Assembly: GCF_018977255.1 (NCBI RefSeq) | Contig: NW_024704743.1 | Span: 62,001-126,000 of the forward strand | From: Callorhinchus milii | Lineage: Eukaryota | Direction: 5' to 3' | DNA: 64,000 nt | Shown here: in pieces, positions 27,801-41,431 of the stretch | How the letters are laid out: every line of letters starts with the position of its first letter | Numbering within the stretch: the stretch's first letter is position 1 | Position numbers and translations under genes: made by a program | The notes under the pieces: model-generated | What the model saw: only the letters and a program-made list of their open reading frames with translations | What the model was told of the DNA's origin: nothing | Databases searched by the model: none

Positions 27801-30800
27801 ACGTCTCAAAACGTTTCACAGGATATTCTGTAAAGTGAATTGACTGTATTTTTGTGGGCGAAATACGCCAGCCAATTGCGGACAGCAGTGTCCCACAAAC
27901 AGTTGTGGATTGTAAATGATTAGTACCCCTGGAAAAGTGATCCGCCAATCAACTAACAACTGGGTTCCTACTTACTGATAGGGAAACAGTTTGGTTTAGA
28001 GACTCATGGTGATGAGTTATCAAATGTGTCTGACGCCTGGCTGACCCCAAACAAAAATAGGGTACTGTTTCGCCCTGCTCCACCTGGGAATCGAACCCAG
28101 GTCTTCTCGCTTGCGAGGCGAGTTGCTCTAACCAAAGCGCTACAGGACTAAGAAGCTCACGGTCAGTTTGGCGTTGAGAGAGGTCCACAGTTTCCTGGTG
28201 AGAGCTGCCACATCCAGGACCTGTCTGACCCACCGCTCAAGGCTGGTGAACCTGGCGAGGGCCTTTCCAATCTGTTCTTTCTGGGGAACCTGGAAAGAAA
28301 GGAGCAAAAAGAAATCATTACATTTACTCATAATAACAATCACAAATTACGTTTGTATACCATATGGGATACCCCAGAAGGGGGTCCAACCTGTTGGCTG
28401 CTGAGGGCCAGATGCCCTATTTGTGAAAAGTCCGCGGGGCGCATTAGCCATATTTTAGTGTTTCCCTTCCAGAAATGTAACATCACATTTCCGAGTTATG
28501 GAGAGGGCGGGTGGGCCAGATGAAATGGGGCGGGGGGGGGGGGGAGGGCACGGCGCGGATGAAATTGGCCCTCGGGCCGCAACTGGCCCACGGGCCGCCA
28601 GTTGGACCATCCTGGGTCAATTCACTTTACAGTGTATTCCGCCAAGTGCCTTGAGACGTCTTGACGACATGATGAAGCGCTATAGCAAATGCAAGAATTA
28701 TTATTTATCAAAGTTTGGTTTTAGAAGCAAACATTTCGCAGCATAGAAGACAGCCGTTGAGCCCAACTAACTCACTGGTCTGTTTCTCCTCAAAGTCTAA
28801 TCTCACTCGCTTACTTCACCCACCTCTCCCAATTTCCTGCCTCCCCCTCCCCTTCCACCGCACCTCCCCCCCCCGCCCTCCGCACCCCACCAACTTCTTC
28901 TTTTCAGATATTTACCCAGTTCCCTCTAAAAAACAATATGGATTCTGCCTTAACCACAGTTCCAAGTTGGGAGTTCCACATCCTAAACACCGACTGTTTA
29001 GCCTTCAGACTCTCTGCCATTCCCCAGTCCCTTCGTCTCGCTCCCTTGCCTCAGACCTTCCTCTTCGACCGCGCCTTCGGTCAGCCCCCCTGCCTCCACC
29101 CTCCCAGCCCTCCAGTGCCTTGGGACGTCCTCCTGACGTGAAAGGCGCTGTATAAATGTCATTTGAATGTTGATTTAAAAAAGAACCTCTCCGAACCGCT
29201 GCCTTTTGACGATGATCTGAAACCCCTGTGCACACAATATTAATTCACGAACGGTGAGATTAATTTCTCTCCAGTATTTTTTTATCAAAGAAAAATCTTT
29301 TAAGGACTGCGAAAAAAGCCACATCCAAATTCTGGCTGAAATAACAATAATAAAAATAATAAAAATAACAATCCTTGCATTTGATATAGTGCCTTCTCAC
29401 ATAGTTCAGATGTTTCAAAGCGCCTCATAGAATATACTGTAACATGGATTGACTAAGCCTCTTGTAGGTGAAACGCCGGCAGCCACTTGCACACAGCAGT
29501 GTCCCACAAACAGTCGTGGACCAAAGTATTGGGAGGGGAGGGTTTGGAGGAATTATTACCCCTGGGAAAGCGATCCGCCATTCGACTAACAACCAGGTTC
29601 CTACTTACTGCTAGGTAAACAGAGGCGTGTGGTTGGAGGAAGGAAACTTGTCTAAAGTTTTGCCCCGCTAGGGAATCGAACCCAACTTCTCTCGCTTGTG
29701 AGGCGAGTGCGCACTGACAACACCACCACTACTCCGGGACTCCACTTGGGCGGTGAGGGATCAAACTGACCTTCTCGATGCCACGGGAAAGCTTCTGGAT
29801 AACCTCCACATACTTCTGGACATGCAGGTGGATGGCCTCCTGAAAGAGCCGTTGAAGACTGACCGAAACCGGGATCTTTGGGGCCAAATCCGGTAAGAAG
29901 CCTTTCAATACTTTCTTATTCTTCTTCCAATGGTCACTGGGTGCATTTTGGAAAGAAAAGGAGAAGAGTTTTTATTTGTTTGGTTAGCTCTGTAGTGGGT
30001 GTGTGTGCGTCAGTGCCCACTTCCCTCGCCCGGCCAGCCCCACCATCGGCAGTCGGGCCTTCAGCTTTTCTGCCCCCACCCTTTGGAACTCCATCCCACA
30101 GTCCCTTCACCTCACCCCCTCCCTTGCTTCCTTCAAGGCCAGTCTCAAAAACCTCCTCTTCGACTACGCCTTCGGTCACCCTCCTACCCGCACCCTCCCT
30201 GCCCTTCACCCCTCCCTGATCCCAACCCTCCCAGCTCAGGTCCAGTCCAGCGCCTTGGGAATGTCTCACATCAGTTTACGGGGACGGGATTTATAATAAC
30301 AATTATAATAATAATAATTCTTGCATTTGGTGCCATATCATTTCGGAAGAAAGTCTCAAAGCGCTTCATAGGATTTTCTGTAAAGTGGATTGACTGTATA
30401 TCCCCCAACATAGACCCCCTCTCTCCCTTTCTGTTTGTGGGTCACCGCTGTGCGCAATTGACTGCTGCTTTTCGTCCACAAAATATAGTCGAGCGCTCGA
30501 TCCACTAATTCCACCCTGATGCTTTGTCCGAGTCCAGGATGGGGGTTGGGATTGAGGAAGTGAACCTCAGCCACTTCCCGCTTCTCAGATACTTCACGGG
30601 GTTGCAATAAATTCATCAGCACATTCTGTCCTCTCTCAGAGGGTTTCTGTGAAATTAAGTCTTCAACTCGCATGCCTTGTGCTCTGTCACCCCCAGCTCC
30701 ACCCAACCAACGGACCCTTCCCCTCACCCAACGGTCTCTCCCCTCACCTGCAGCCCCTCCCTATATCCAATGGCCGCTCCCTTCACCCAACAGCCCCTAC

Positions 30801-33800
30801 CCTCAACCAACTGCCCCTCCCTATACCCAATGGCCCCTCCCTATACCCAATGCCCCACCTCTTACCAACAGCCTCTCAGCCAGTGGCCCCACACCCTTGC
30901 CCAGAGGCCCCTCCCCTCACCCAGCAGCCCCTCCTGTCACCTGCCAGACCCACCTCCCCACCCAGTGCCCCCACCCCCCCTCACCCTTTCATACCTGCTC
31001 TGTTTGGCAATGTGTTCAAAGCCACCATTCACTATGTAGTCTGACAAAGCCGTGAAGTAGCTGAGACAGGGCACAGAAAACAGTCAATCAATCAGAGACT
31101 GCTCGAGAAAAATACCCCCCACCCCCCTCCATACTGAGAATACCCCCCACACACTGAGAATAATACCCCCCCACACACTGAGAATAATACCCCCCCACAC
31201 ACTGAGAATAACACACCCCACACACACACACTGAGAATAATACCCCCCACACACTGAGAATAATACTCCCCCACACACTGAGAATAACACACACCCCACA
31301 CACACACACTGAGAATAATGCACCCCACACACACACACTGAGAATACTCCCCACACACTGAGAATAATAACCCCCACACACACTGAGAATAATACCCCCC
31401 CACACACTGAGAATAATACCCCCCACACACTGAGAATAACACACCCCCCACACACACTGAGAATAATAGCCCCCACACACACTGAGAATAATGCACCCCA
31501 CACACACTGAGCATAATACCCCCCACACACTGAGAATAATACCCCCCCACACACTTTTCTCAGTGGAGCGGGATTTAGGGGGTCTCGGTTTAACGTCTCA
31601 CCTGAGACAACACCTCGGGTAATGCAACGCTACCCCCAGCAACGCTCTCGAGAGGCTGAACATTCTCTCCCCCACTTCCCCGCGCCCCCACCCCCCCACC
31701 CAGCACCCCTCAACCTCGCGCCCAGCGCTAGTCCCAGCTCACCGTACGTACACCTCCTCCAGCCGCTCTGGCTGTCTGATCAGGTACAGGTCCTGGATGG
31801 CCAGCCGGCCTGTGGGGTTGCCAAGGGTCAGGCATATCTCGTCTGTCTGCTTACACAGCGATTGGAAACTCTCCCCCAACTCCACCAGAGAGGCCTTCAG
31901 CAGCGGCCGAGCTCTGTTGTCGCCAGCATCTACACACAGTAATCACACACGCGGGGTTACACACAGAGACGGCGTGTCTACATACACACACACACTAGTC
32001 ACACACACATACACAGCTAGTCACACACAAAGCTAGTCACAGATACACAACTAGTCACACACACACACAGCTAGTCACACACACACACACACACAGGGTT
32101 ACACAGAGAAGGCGTGTCTACATATACACACACAGCGTCTCCATATATACACACACACACATACAGAACGTGTCTATATACACGCATACAGACACATGTT
32201 TTTATATACACACAACACAAACTTGCATTTATATAGCGCCCTTTGTATGCTGTAGTGTCCCAAAGCGTGTGTGTATTCACACAGCGTGTCTGTATACACA
32301 CACATGCACGCGCATCGGGTTACACACACACACAGAGCATATATACGCATACTGACACACGGAGAGGCATATATACATTCTATACACACACTTACATACA
32401 TATACAGAAGCACAGAATGTATTCACACTCACTTTATATACACACAAACACATATAAACCCCCTCTACACCCCCCACCCCCCAGCAGGCGGTACCCCCAT
32501 GAGCCAGCCCTTGGTGCTATCACTCACCGGCAGTGAGCAGGGGTTTGAGGATGTGAGTGTCCCGGTCAGACAGAGCGTTCCTGAAGATCTGTTCCAGTTT
32601 GAAGAGATACGCCGCTTCCTGCTGGTATTTGTCCAAGAAACAACAGCAAATGTCATTTACACGGTGCCTTTCACATCGGGAGGACATCCCAAAGCCCTGA
32701 ACAGTCAAGGATTTGGACCCGAGCTGGGGGTTGGGATCAGGAGGAGTGGAGGGCAGGGAGGATGGGGGTAGGATTGTTGGTGAAACAACGTGACTTAATA
32801 TCTCACTTTAAAGATGGCACCTCCAACAAAGCAATGCTTACCCCAGTACTGTGCTAGAGCATCAGCCAAGGCTTCCTCCACCCAAGCAAAATCCCCATGA
32901 GGATTGACTGGCTAATTTAGGTCTTTTTTTTCCCTTTGCGGAGACATGTTTAAGGAAGCACCTAACAGAGGTGTTTCAAAATAATTAAAGTTTCAATAAG
33001 GTTGGAATCTAATAATGATCCTTGGGTTTGATATAGTGCCTAATCACGTCTTCATGACATCTCAAAGCGCTTCACAGAATATATAAAGTAAATTGACTGT
33101 GTATTTTGTGGGTTAAAAAAAACACAGCAGCGTCCCACAAACAGATTGATTGTTTTTTTTTGAGGGATTATTACCCCCCAGAAAGCGATCCACCAATCGA
33201 TTAGCAACCGGATTCCTATTCACTGCTGGGAAAATGAGACATGTTAGAGTAAGGAAACTTGCCTAAGGTTTCACCCTGCCCAGGAATCGAACCCGGGTCC
33301 TCTCGCTTGTGAGGTGAGCGCGCTAACCATTAGCCTACGGGTCTTCAGAACTACTTCATCCTTCACATGAGGGAGAGATGTGTGGGAGGGAGTGCGTAAC
33401 GGGTAGAGACCTGTGTGTATTATGAACACCGGCATTGATCAGTTGGGCTATGTATACGTATGTAAATCTATGCGTGTCTGTGCATGTGGAGTCCTGTAGC
33501 TCAGTGGTTGAGCACTCGCTTTGCAAGTGAGAGACCTGAGTTCAATTCCAGGCAGAGGGCGAAACCTTGGGCAAGTTTCCTTACTCCACACAGAGCCTAA
33601 TAATAATCCCTCCAAAACCAAAACAATAATAAATTGGTCATTTTCAATCCACGACTGTTTGTGGGACATTGCTGTGCGCAATTGGCTGCCGCGTTCGCCC
33701 ACAAATATACAGTCAATTCACTTTACAGTGTGTTCTGTGAAGCGCTTTGGGACGTCCTCCCGACGTGAAAAGCGCTATATCAAATGCAAGGATTATTATT

Positions 33801-34217
33801 ATATGTGTGTCTGCGTGTTAGGCTGTGTTCCTGGGGCTGTGAATGTGTGTTGAAAAAAATGCTAACGTCTCCTTTTAGCTTTTTCGTGATGAGCTTAAAT
33901 CAACACTCTCTCTAGTGAGGAGCCGCCCATGATAGGAATAATAACAATCCTTGCATTTGAGATGTTTTCGAGACATCTCAAAGCGCTTCACAGGATACAC
34001 TGTAAAGTAGGTGAAACGCGGCAGCCAATTGCGGACAGCAGTGTCCCACAAACAGTCGTGGATTGAATAATATATGAAATATTTATATTAGGATAATATT
34101 GTGACTTACAGAAACTCTGGCTGTTTGTTGGAGTCTCCCTGCGGATGATGAAAGTCTCCCCGAGGTCGGGGGGGCTCTCCCCAATCGAGGATTCACTGCA
34201 GGACGTCTGGGATCCAT
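9892..34217 (-). CDS. ALS2CL: ALS2 C-terminal-like protein (DH/PH-like region, MORN repeats, VPS9 domain), about 995 aa, 26 coding exons
   Basis: Minus-strand GT-AG exons, phase-consistent throughout (2988 nt): 34217-34110, 32621-32528, 31929-31743, 31060-30995, 29936-29771, 28289-28161, 25226-25104, 22782-22712, 22247-22181, 21785-21583, 20697-20632, 19823-19728, 19180-19019, 17656-17545, 17005-16928, 16641-16511, 15282-15040, 13841-13757, 13372-13215, 12622-12575, 12441-12265, 12101-12059, 11787-11726, 11292-11143, 10552-10456, 9957-9892. MORN repeats include [28 protein letters not shown] and [17 protein letters not shown]9 motifs include [34 protein letters not shown] and [18 protein letters not shown]. 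The start-codon exon is the least certain. Candidate polyA signal (TTTATT on +) at 7993-7998. Confidence 0.95.
14535..14990 (-). mobile_element. Representative copy of an unassigned dispersed retroposon-like repeat with an A-rich 3' end
   Basis: Shares blocks (CCCACTCAGCTCC; CTAGCTGGACAAGCAGCGGGAAAGC; CTGCGCCTAATACTCTCC..AATTAGGTAA; GAGAGAGCGCATTCCATTCCAAC; GGGAATTCTCAG..TTTGGAGACTCTTAAGC) with copies near 2570-2870, 5040-5260, 18620-18925, 23370-23710, 43105-43485, 55560-55855 and 60335-60640. Confidence 0.7.
19858..20190 (-). mobile_element. CR1-type LINE 3' fragment
   Basis: Typical CR1 end-of-ORF2/3' UTR sequence (translation RGHxLK-like GRHLKMK...FSSEIRGSF; 3' GATCAACCGTGATCTTATAGAATGGC...GGCCTCCTCCTG). 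Related pieces lie at about 45560-45890 (+), 60710-60940 (-) and 63900-64000 (+). Confidence 0.75.
21050..21578. repeat. (CA)-rich low-complexity tandem repeat (CACACTCACTGT-like unit) in an ALS2CL intron
   Basis: Directly visible. It produces the spurious His/Thr ORF 21214-21681. Confidence 0.9.
21845..22150 (+). mobile_element. Older DeuSINE (AmnSINE1/SacSINE1-like) copy
   Basis: GCTCAGTGGTAGCACTCTC head followed by TGCATTGTCGGAGGTGCCGTCCTTTGGATGAGACATTAAACC..GTTCAGGCGGACGTTAGAGATTCC..TTGCTGTGCGCAATTG, which matches the Deu central domain as recalled. Other copies lie near 26100-26410 (-) and 38600-38920 (-). Confidence 0.7.
28377..28614. mobile_element. Degenerate hAT-like MITE
   Basis: Imperfect terminal inverted repeats (..GGGGTCCAAC at 28381-28390; GTTGGACCATCCTG at 28601-28614) and subterminal GGGCCGC/GGCCC repeats typical of hAT non-autonomous elements. 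I could not identify a target-site duplication. Confidence 0.5.
31125..31553. repeat. Minisatellite, about 23-30 bp unit (CACACACTGAGAATAATACCCCC)n, in an ALS2CL intron
   Basis: Roughly 16-17 copies with a constant CTGAGAATA core and variable C/CA tract lengths. Confidence 0.95.
33488..33803 (+). mobile_element. tRNA-derived SINE with an L2-like tail; representative of the dominant repeat (dozens of full or partial copies in the window)
   Basis: Head GGAGTCCTGTAGCTCAGTGGTT..GAGCACTCGCTTTGCAAG..GTTCAATTCC with Pol III A and B boxes; body GGCAAGTTTCCTTACTCCACAC; Deu-like GCTGTGCGCAATTGGCTGCCGCG; tail GAAGCGCTTTG..AAATGCAAGGA(TTA)n. Similar copies at 29355-29745 (-), 37277-37640 (+), 39523-39895 (+), 42060-42415 (+), 43735-44043 (-), 52334-52680 (+) and many more. 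Confidence 0.9.
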
Positions 34218-37200
34218 TTGTGTGGCTCAACGGGCTCCCAGTCTCTCCATTCTCTCACTTCGACAGATTGTTTTTCTTTCACTGGGGGGGAAAAAAATAA
34301 ACCTTATATCGGTAAAGTGTCTTTCGTGTCCGGAGAACATCTCGAGCATATGCTGTGAAGTGATTATGTATTGTGTAGGCGAATGCGACAGCCAATTTGT
34401 GCACAGCTAATGTCCCATGAACATGCATGAAGTGAACGATCAATTTTATTTATAATAATAATAATTCCTATCAAGTCTTCGAGACATCTCAAGGAACCCG
34501 GTTGACTGTCGAATGGCGGATATTTGCTGGGGGTAATAACCCCTTTTTTAAAAAAAATGTGGTCACTCAATCCGCGACTGTTTGTGGGACACAGCTGTGC
34601 GCAATTGGTGGCCATGTTTCGCCCACACAACGCACAGTCAATTCACTTTATCGTGTCTCGCTTTGAGACATCTCAAAGACTTAATAAGGCTCCATATCAA
34701 ATGCAAGGATTATTATTATTATTATACATTCTGTGAAGCGCTTTGAGACGTCTCGACCACGCGCTGCATCGAATGCAAGGATTATTATCAACCATTTTTG
34801 TCACCGGGATTTATCAACTTTTACCATTTTAGACTTATTTTTAGTTCCACACTTTACCCCCACACACGGAGGAATGTTAAAGGGAGAGGAGGATGCGGTA
34901 TTGGGAGAGGAGGAGTAGTCATCAGACACCAGCACAGACTTGCCAGGCTCAACGGCATTTTTCTGCTCGAACAATCTACGTGGTTTAATTTGCAATCGTT
35001 CACAACAACAAGGGCAACACCAATGACACTTACACAGCGCCTTTCGCACGTCGGGAGGACGTCCCAAGTCGATTTTGACCCGAGCAGGGGGTTGTGATCA
35101 GGAGGGGTGGAGGTCAGGGAGGGTGGAGTTAGGAGGGTGACTGAAGGCATGGTGGAAGTGGAGGGTCTTGAGACTGGCTTTGAAGGAGGCGAGGGAGGGA
35201 ACGAGGCGAAGGGACTGTGGGATAGAGTTACTTCATAGCAAATTATAATAATGCAGGCGTTTCACAAAGCGGCTATAACGTCGAAACTATGAGTAGATTT
35301 ACATAGATTGGACAGCACAAAAATAGGCCACTTGACCCAATCATTCCGTCTCAGTGTTTATACGCCACCCAAATTTCCACCCGGTACTTCCTCCCTCCCT
35401 CCCTCCCTCCCTCCTTCCCTTCCCTTCCAAGCTATCTTCCTGTTAAATATATCCACACCATCCGATCACAACAGCAACAACAAATTACATTTGGATAGTG
35501 CCTTTCCCATCGGGAGGACGTCCCATGATGTTTTCTGTCAAGTGTAGTAACTGTGGACGAACGCAACAGTCAATTTTGTGTACTGCAATGTCCCATGCAC
35601 AGCCCCGCCGTGATTGGTCACGTGAAGTAACTGACCAATTTTATCTGGGAGATTGTTGATCGGGACATCAGAGGAAACTCCCTTCTCTTTACAATAGTGC
35701 CATGGAATTTTTAACACCCACCCGAACAGCAACAACAACTCACTCAGGGTAGAGTCCCAGCTTGACGGTGGCGGAGCATGACGCTGTGCCGGGGGGAAAG
35801 GTGACTGTAGGCACGGTCGAAGAGGAAGGTCTTCATGCCGGAAGATGGGGAAGAAACGGGCAAGGCGGAGGGATAAGGATAGAGCGTTCCAGAGTTTCAG
35901 GGGTAGCGGTTGAAAGCGCAACCGCCGATGGGGGAAACGGAGAGCACGAGGAACAAGCAGGAATTTGCAGCCAGTCGAGCGGAGGCAGAGAGTAGAGGGT
36001 TGGAGAGCAACCAGGTCGGAGAGGTAGGGAGGTGCCGGGGTGAACAGGCACAGACGGGAACTTGCTTTAGCCCCTCAGCTGCACTCACAATGCAGCGCTC
36101 CCCCACCACGGCACTGGAGTGTCGGCCTGGACTGTGAGTTTAAAGTCCTACCATCATGTGATTCAGAGACGAGAAGCGCTGGTGATTGAGCTGAGCTGAC
36201 ACTTTGTGATGATCACAAGGAACACGATATGCAATGTCACAGATTATTCACTTATGATTGTACGCCTGGAGTCGCACACTTCCTCTAGCAGCAAACAAGC
36301 GATCAGACAGCGACCCCCCCCCACCCAACTTCCCCTTTGTGTTCAGAACAAAAGGGAATGTGATCCTTTGGGCACAATCAGGCAGAGCATTTTCCGGTAA
36401 ATAGTAGTAATTCTTAATAATAATAATCACAATCCTTGCATTTGACATAGCACCATACCACGTCTTCACGATGACTCAAAACACTTCACAGAATATACTG
36501 TATATATATATATATATTGACTGTATATTTTGGGTACGAGACACGGCAGCCAATTACGCACACCAGTGACCCACAAACAGTCGTGGATTGAGTGACCAAC
36601 AACAACAACAACAACAACAAAGATTACATTTATATAGCGCCTTTCACGTCGGGACCAAATGATTATCATTAATTTTTTTGTGAGGGGTTATTACCCCCGG
36701 AAAAATCATCTTGCAAGGGAGGGAATGGACTGAGGGATGGAGCTCCAAAGGGTTGGGGGTCAGAGAAGCTGAAGGCCTGACCGTCACTGGTGGGGTGGGC
36801 TCGGCGGGGAACATGGAGCAGGCTGGAGCCTGCTCAACGGAGGGAGCGGACAGGTCGATAGGGTGTTAGCAGGTCGCAGAGGTAGGGGGGGGAATCAAGG
36901 CCGTGGAGGGGCTTTGAAGGCAAGGACGAGGATTTTGAACTCCATCCTCTGGGGGATGGGGAGCCAGTGGAGCCGGGCGAGGATGGGGTGATAGGGGTCA
37001 CGGAGCCCGGTGCGGGAGAGGCGAGGACACGAGCTGCAGAGCTCCACTGCATAGACAGGAAGCTGTTGCATGTAACATTAAGTCAGTGCGAAATAATCTG
37101 GAAGCACACATGACTATATAAAGCTAGCAATTATCTTGCTTCCTCGTTATTGTGTTTCTCTTTGGGACTGGCCAGTTTGATCTCTGTTGCTGTTCCGGTC

Positions 37201-39294
37201 ATGGGAGTGTGAATTCCGAGCAGGAAGATGAAATAAACCGAGGCTCTTCAGCCTTGAAGAGCGACGTGTCAGAATGGAGTCCTGCAGTGTAGTGGTTAGA
37301 GCTCTCGCCTCGCGTGCAAGAGGACTCGGGTTCGATTCCCGGTCTGAGTGAAACTTTAGGAAAGCTTCCTTACTCCGCCTCACACTCTGTTTGCCCAGCA
37401 GTAAGTAGGAACCCGGATGTTAGTCGATTGCGGGATCGCTTTCCAGATGTAATAATCCCTCCGAAAAAATAATAATAATTTGGTCACTCAATCCACGGGT
37501 GTGTTTGTGGGAGACTGCCGTGCGCAGCAGTTGGCTTCGCCGAAAAGATACAGAGTCAATTCACTTTACAGTATATTCTGTGAAGCTGTTTGAGACGTCT
37601 CAATGATGCGATAAGGCGCTACAAATGCAAGTATTATTCGAACCCGGGTCCACTCGCTTGCAAAGCGATCAATACACTACGGGACCCCACATAATTCACC
37701 TGATTGCTCACGGGTTAATAAGCTATTAGCCTCGATCACCAACAAAGAACAACACCTTTCACCTTGCGAGGATGTCCCAGGATTAAAAAACTGGTAAAAA
37801 AAAAACCTTCATATTTCTGGAGACAGAATCCTGGAGAGTTTCCAACTGTTTTCATTCTCAACGCGTTCCGAGAGAAACATATGGGAATCAGAGTGATTGT
37901 CTGTATAGATATCCAGGCCTGAGGAACATGCCTGTGGTTAGGAACACCCCTGGGTGTGAAGGTGCCATCTGTACCAAAACACCCTACCCCTATTCAGCGA
38001 AGGATGAACGTCTCAATGCGTTTCATAACAACTCGCACCCACACAAGCGTAAGACAAACACTTCTCAGTGCTTCACAACATACAGAACTTTCATAATAAT
38101 AATCCTCACATTTGATGAGGCGCTTTCTCACGACAATGAGATATATCAAAGCGCTTATACTATAAAGCATAGTGACTGTATGTTTTGTGGGTGAAACGCG
38201 GCAGCCAATTGTGCACAGCAGCGTCCCACAACAGTCGTGGATTGAGTGACCAAAACATTTTCTAAGGGACACAGAGCTGTGTGGAGTAAGGAAAGTTGCC
38301 TAAGGTTTCGCCCGGCTCGGGAATCGAACCCAGGTTCTCTCGCTTGCGAGGCGAGCGCGCTAACCATGAACACTACAGGACTCCACATGCAACGAGCGTC
38401 TTGAAACACTTGACAGAAAAGATGACGATCAAGCAGGGAGGAGCGGCGGGAAGTTTGAAGATTATTGACCAAAGGCACAGTCAAAGAGAAAGGCTTTTAA
38501 AAGGTGTAAAGGGCGGGAGAGAAGATTTAATGTGTGTACAAAATGTCTCAAAGATTCACAGCAATTGTTGTCAAGTGTAATTACTTTTTTTTCTAAAACA
38601 GACATACACGGCAGCCATTTTGTGACAGCAAGGTGCCCGGGTGGCATTTGGTGAATCTTCAATTTATCTGGGAGATTGTTGGCCAGGACACCGGGAGAAA
38701 CTCCAATCTCTTTTCTAATCTGTCGAGGGATCTTTAACGTCCGCCAGGTCCTGAGCAGGTACAGGCGGGACCTCGGTTTAATGTCTCATCTGAAGGACGG
38801 CACCTCTGACAATGTGCTCCCCCCCACCCCCCAGCACTGTGTTGGAGGGTTAATCTGGACTGCGAGACCCCAACTTGTTGGCTTGAACCCACCATCTTCT
38901 GACCTGGAGGTGAATGTGCGACCAAGTCAACAACAACAACAACAAGATTCCATTTATAGAGCGCCTTTCACGTCAGAGGCTTCATTCACTTCAGTGCTTC
39001 GAGACAAGAAAAACTTGCATTTACATAGCCCGCCTCACTGTGCCGTTAGCGTCTCAGAGCACTCAACAGTGGTGGAGTTTCACAACGAGCCGAAGAGAAA
39101 GCTGAAGTTCAGGTATGATCTGAAGAGGGGCCAAGGCGGAGGCATTGAGGGAGAGAGTTCCAGAGTCTTAGGGTGTAACGGCTGAAAACACGGCTGCTGT
39201 TGGCGGAGTGGAGGATTGGGGACGGGGTGAAGAGACATGAAGAAGGCCCGAGACAATTCAATGACGTGATAGGACGCTGCATCAAATGCAAGAC

Positions 39295-39331
<37 letters not shown>

Positions 39332-40309
39332 CACTAAGTCAAGCAAAACACCCAATCTACAATGGGATTTATCCCTCAGGATTCAGCTCGCGGCGAACAT
39401 GAAAAAAATCCTGGCATTGGGACAGGACAGTGTCCGGAAGCCATTCCCGGTAGGAAGTTGAAACACGCTTCCCATCTCCGTGAAAGGCACTATGCAAATA
39501 ATTTGTGTTGCTACTAAACTATAGTCCAGGAGCTCAGCGGTTAGAGCACTTGCTCTCACAAACAAGGTGACCTGTGTTTGATTTCCGCGCGGGACAAAAC
39601 CTTAAGCAAATTTCCTTACCCCACACGCCTCTGTTTACCTCGCAGCAAGCAGGAACCCAGTTGTTAGTCGATTGGCAGATCGCTTTTTAGGGGTAATAAT
39701 CCCACCCCCCCCAAAAATTTGATCACTCAGTCCATGACTGTTTGTGGTTCACTGCTGTGCCCGATTGGCTGCCGCGTTTCGCCCACAAACATATACAGTC
39801 AATTCACTTGACAGTATATTCTGTGAAGCGCTTTGAAACGTCTCATCGACATGAAAAAGCGCTACATCAAATGCAAGGATTATTATTATTATTTATATCC
39901 TGTGAAGAAGCGCTTTGAGACGTGTCAACGACACGGTAAGGCGCTATCGCAAAGATTATTACTATTATAGCGCTTTCAAAGAGCTGGCACAGGCACGATG
40001 GGCCAAGCGACCCTCCTTCTGCGCTGTAAGATTCTATGAAAAGTTACTGATGCTAATACCAGCGTGCGTGGGAAGTGGTGTGGGGGGGGGGAAGGGGTGT
40101 GCGGGGGTGAAGCGGGCAAGGGAATGCGATGCACTCCTGGAATGCTGAATTTATGGAGAAAAAGTAGGAGAGAACGATTTGCAGAAACAACTTAAGGGCT
40201 CCTCCCAGCAAGTAGCTCTCTCTCACTTCCCATAATGGTCAGGAACACTGCCGCAGGCACCAGTCACGTCAAAACAAGCATTACTTAGCAGTGAGACAAG
40301 TACACACAC

Positions 40310-40354
<45 letters not shown>

Positions 40355-41399
40355 GAGAAAGAGAGCGCAGAGTCAGCCCACAGTTTAATCCTCGCCAAAG
40401 GACAAAAAGACAAAGATTTGAACGTGGCTTTCAAAAAAAACCCACAGAATTCAATAATAGATAATAATTCTTGCATTTGGTATCGCGCCTCATCGTGCCA
40501 TCTACATGATGATAATAATAATAATAATAATCCTTGAATTTGACGTCTCAAAGCGCTTTGCAAAATATACTGTAAAGTGACTGTATGTTTTGTGGGCAAA
40601 ATGCGGCAGCCACTTGCACACAGCAGTGTCCCACAAACGGTGGTGGATTGAGTGAGCAAATTGCCATTTTTTTAAGGGATTATTAACCCTGGAAAAGCGA
40701 TCCGCCAACCGACTAACAACAGGGTTCCTGCTAGGTAACCAGGTGTGTGGCGTAAGGAAACATGCCCAACCTTTCACCCTACCCGGGGAATCAAACCCAG
40801 GGCCTTTCAAGAGATGGAAAAGGCAAAGTGGGTATGGGGAAAATGACAGATTTAGAATAACAACAACGACAATTAATAATAATAAGAAGAATCCTCGCAT
40901 TTGACATCTCCTAAACCTCTCAAAGCGCTTCACAGAATACACTGCAAAGTGAATTGACCGCATACTTGTAAGTGAAAGGCGGCAGCCGATTGGGGCAACA
41001 AAATGCATTTATATAGCGCTCTTCACGCCGGACAGCGTCTCGGAGCCCTTAACAGTGTCTGAGCCCGATGCCGAGCCGGGGGGAGTGGGGAAGTGTGACC
41101 GTAGGCACGGTCTAAGAGGAAGGTCTTCAAGCGCGACTTGAAACTGGGGAGGTGGGAGCGAGGCAAGGTGGAGGAATTGAGGAAGAGAGTTCCACAGCTG
41201 AAATGTGGTTAATTCAAAACTCAAACAAACACGCAAGTATCAATGAAGTGTGAATCCGTGCCCTGCTCCATTACTGCGACATTCTCTCTTCTTTTCCCCA
41301 CCCCTCACAAAACAAACAGTCACTACGCTGGACAATATATTCTGTGAAGCGCTTTGAGATGTGTCGAAGATCTAATAAGGCGTTATATCGAATGCGAGA

Positions 41400-41431
<32 letters not shown>

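Noticed and set aside
31125..31553. CRISPR-like regular repeat array
   Set aside because: There are no unique spacers, only C/CA length variation. The context is a vertebrate intron with no cas genes.
33488..33562. tRNA-like sequences with A and B boxes (many copies)
   Set aside because: Each continues into the same SINE body and tail and the copies are diverged. They are SINE heads, not tRNA genes.
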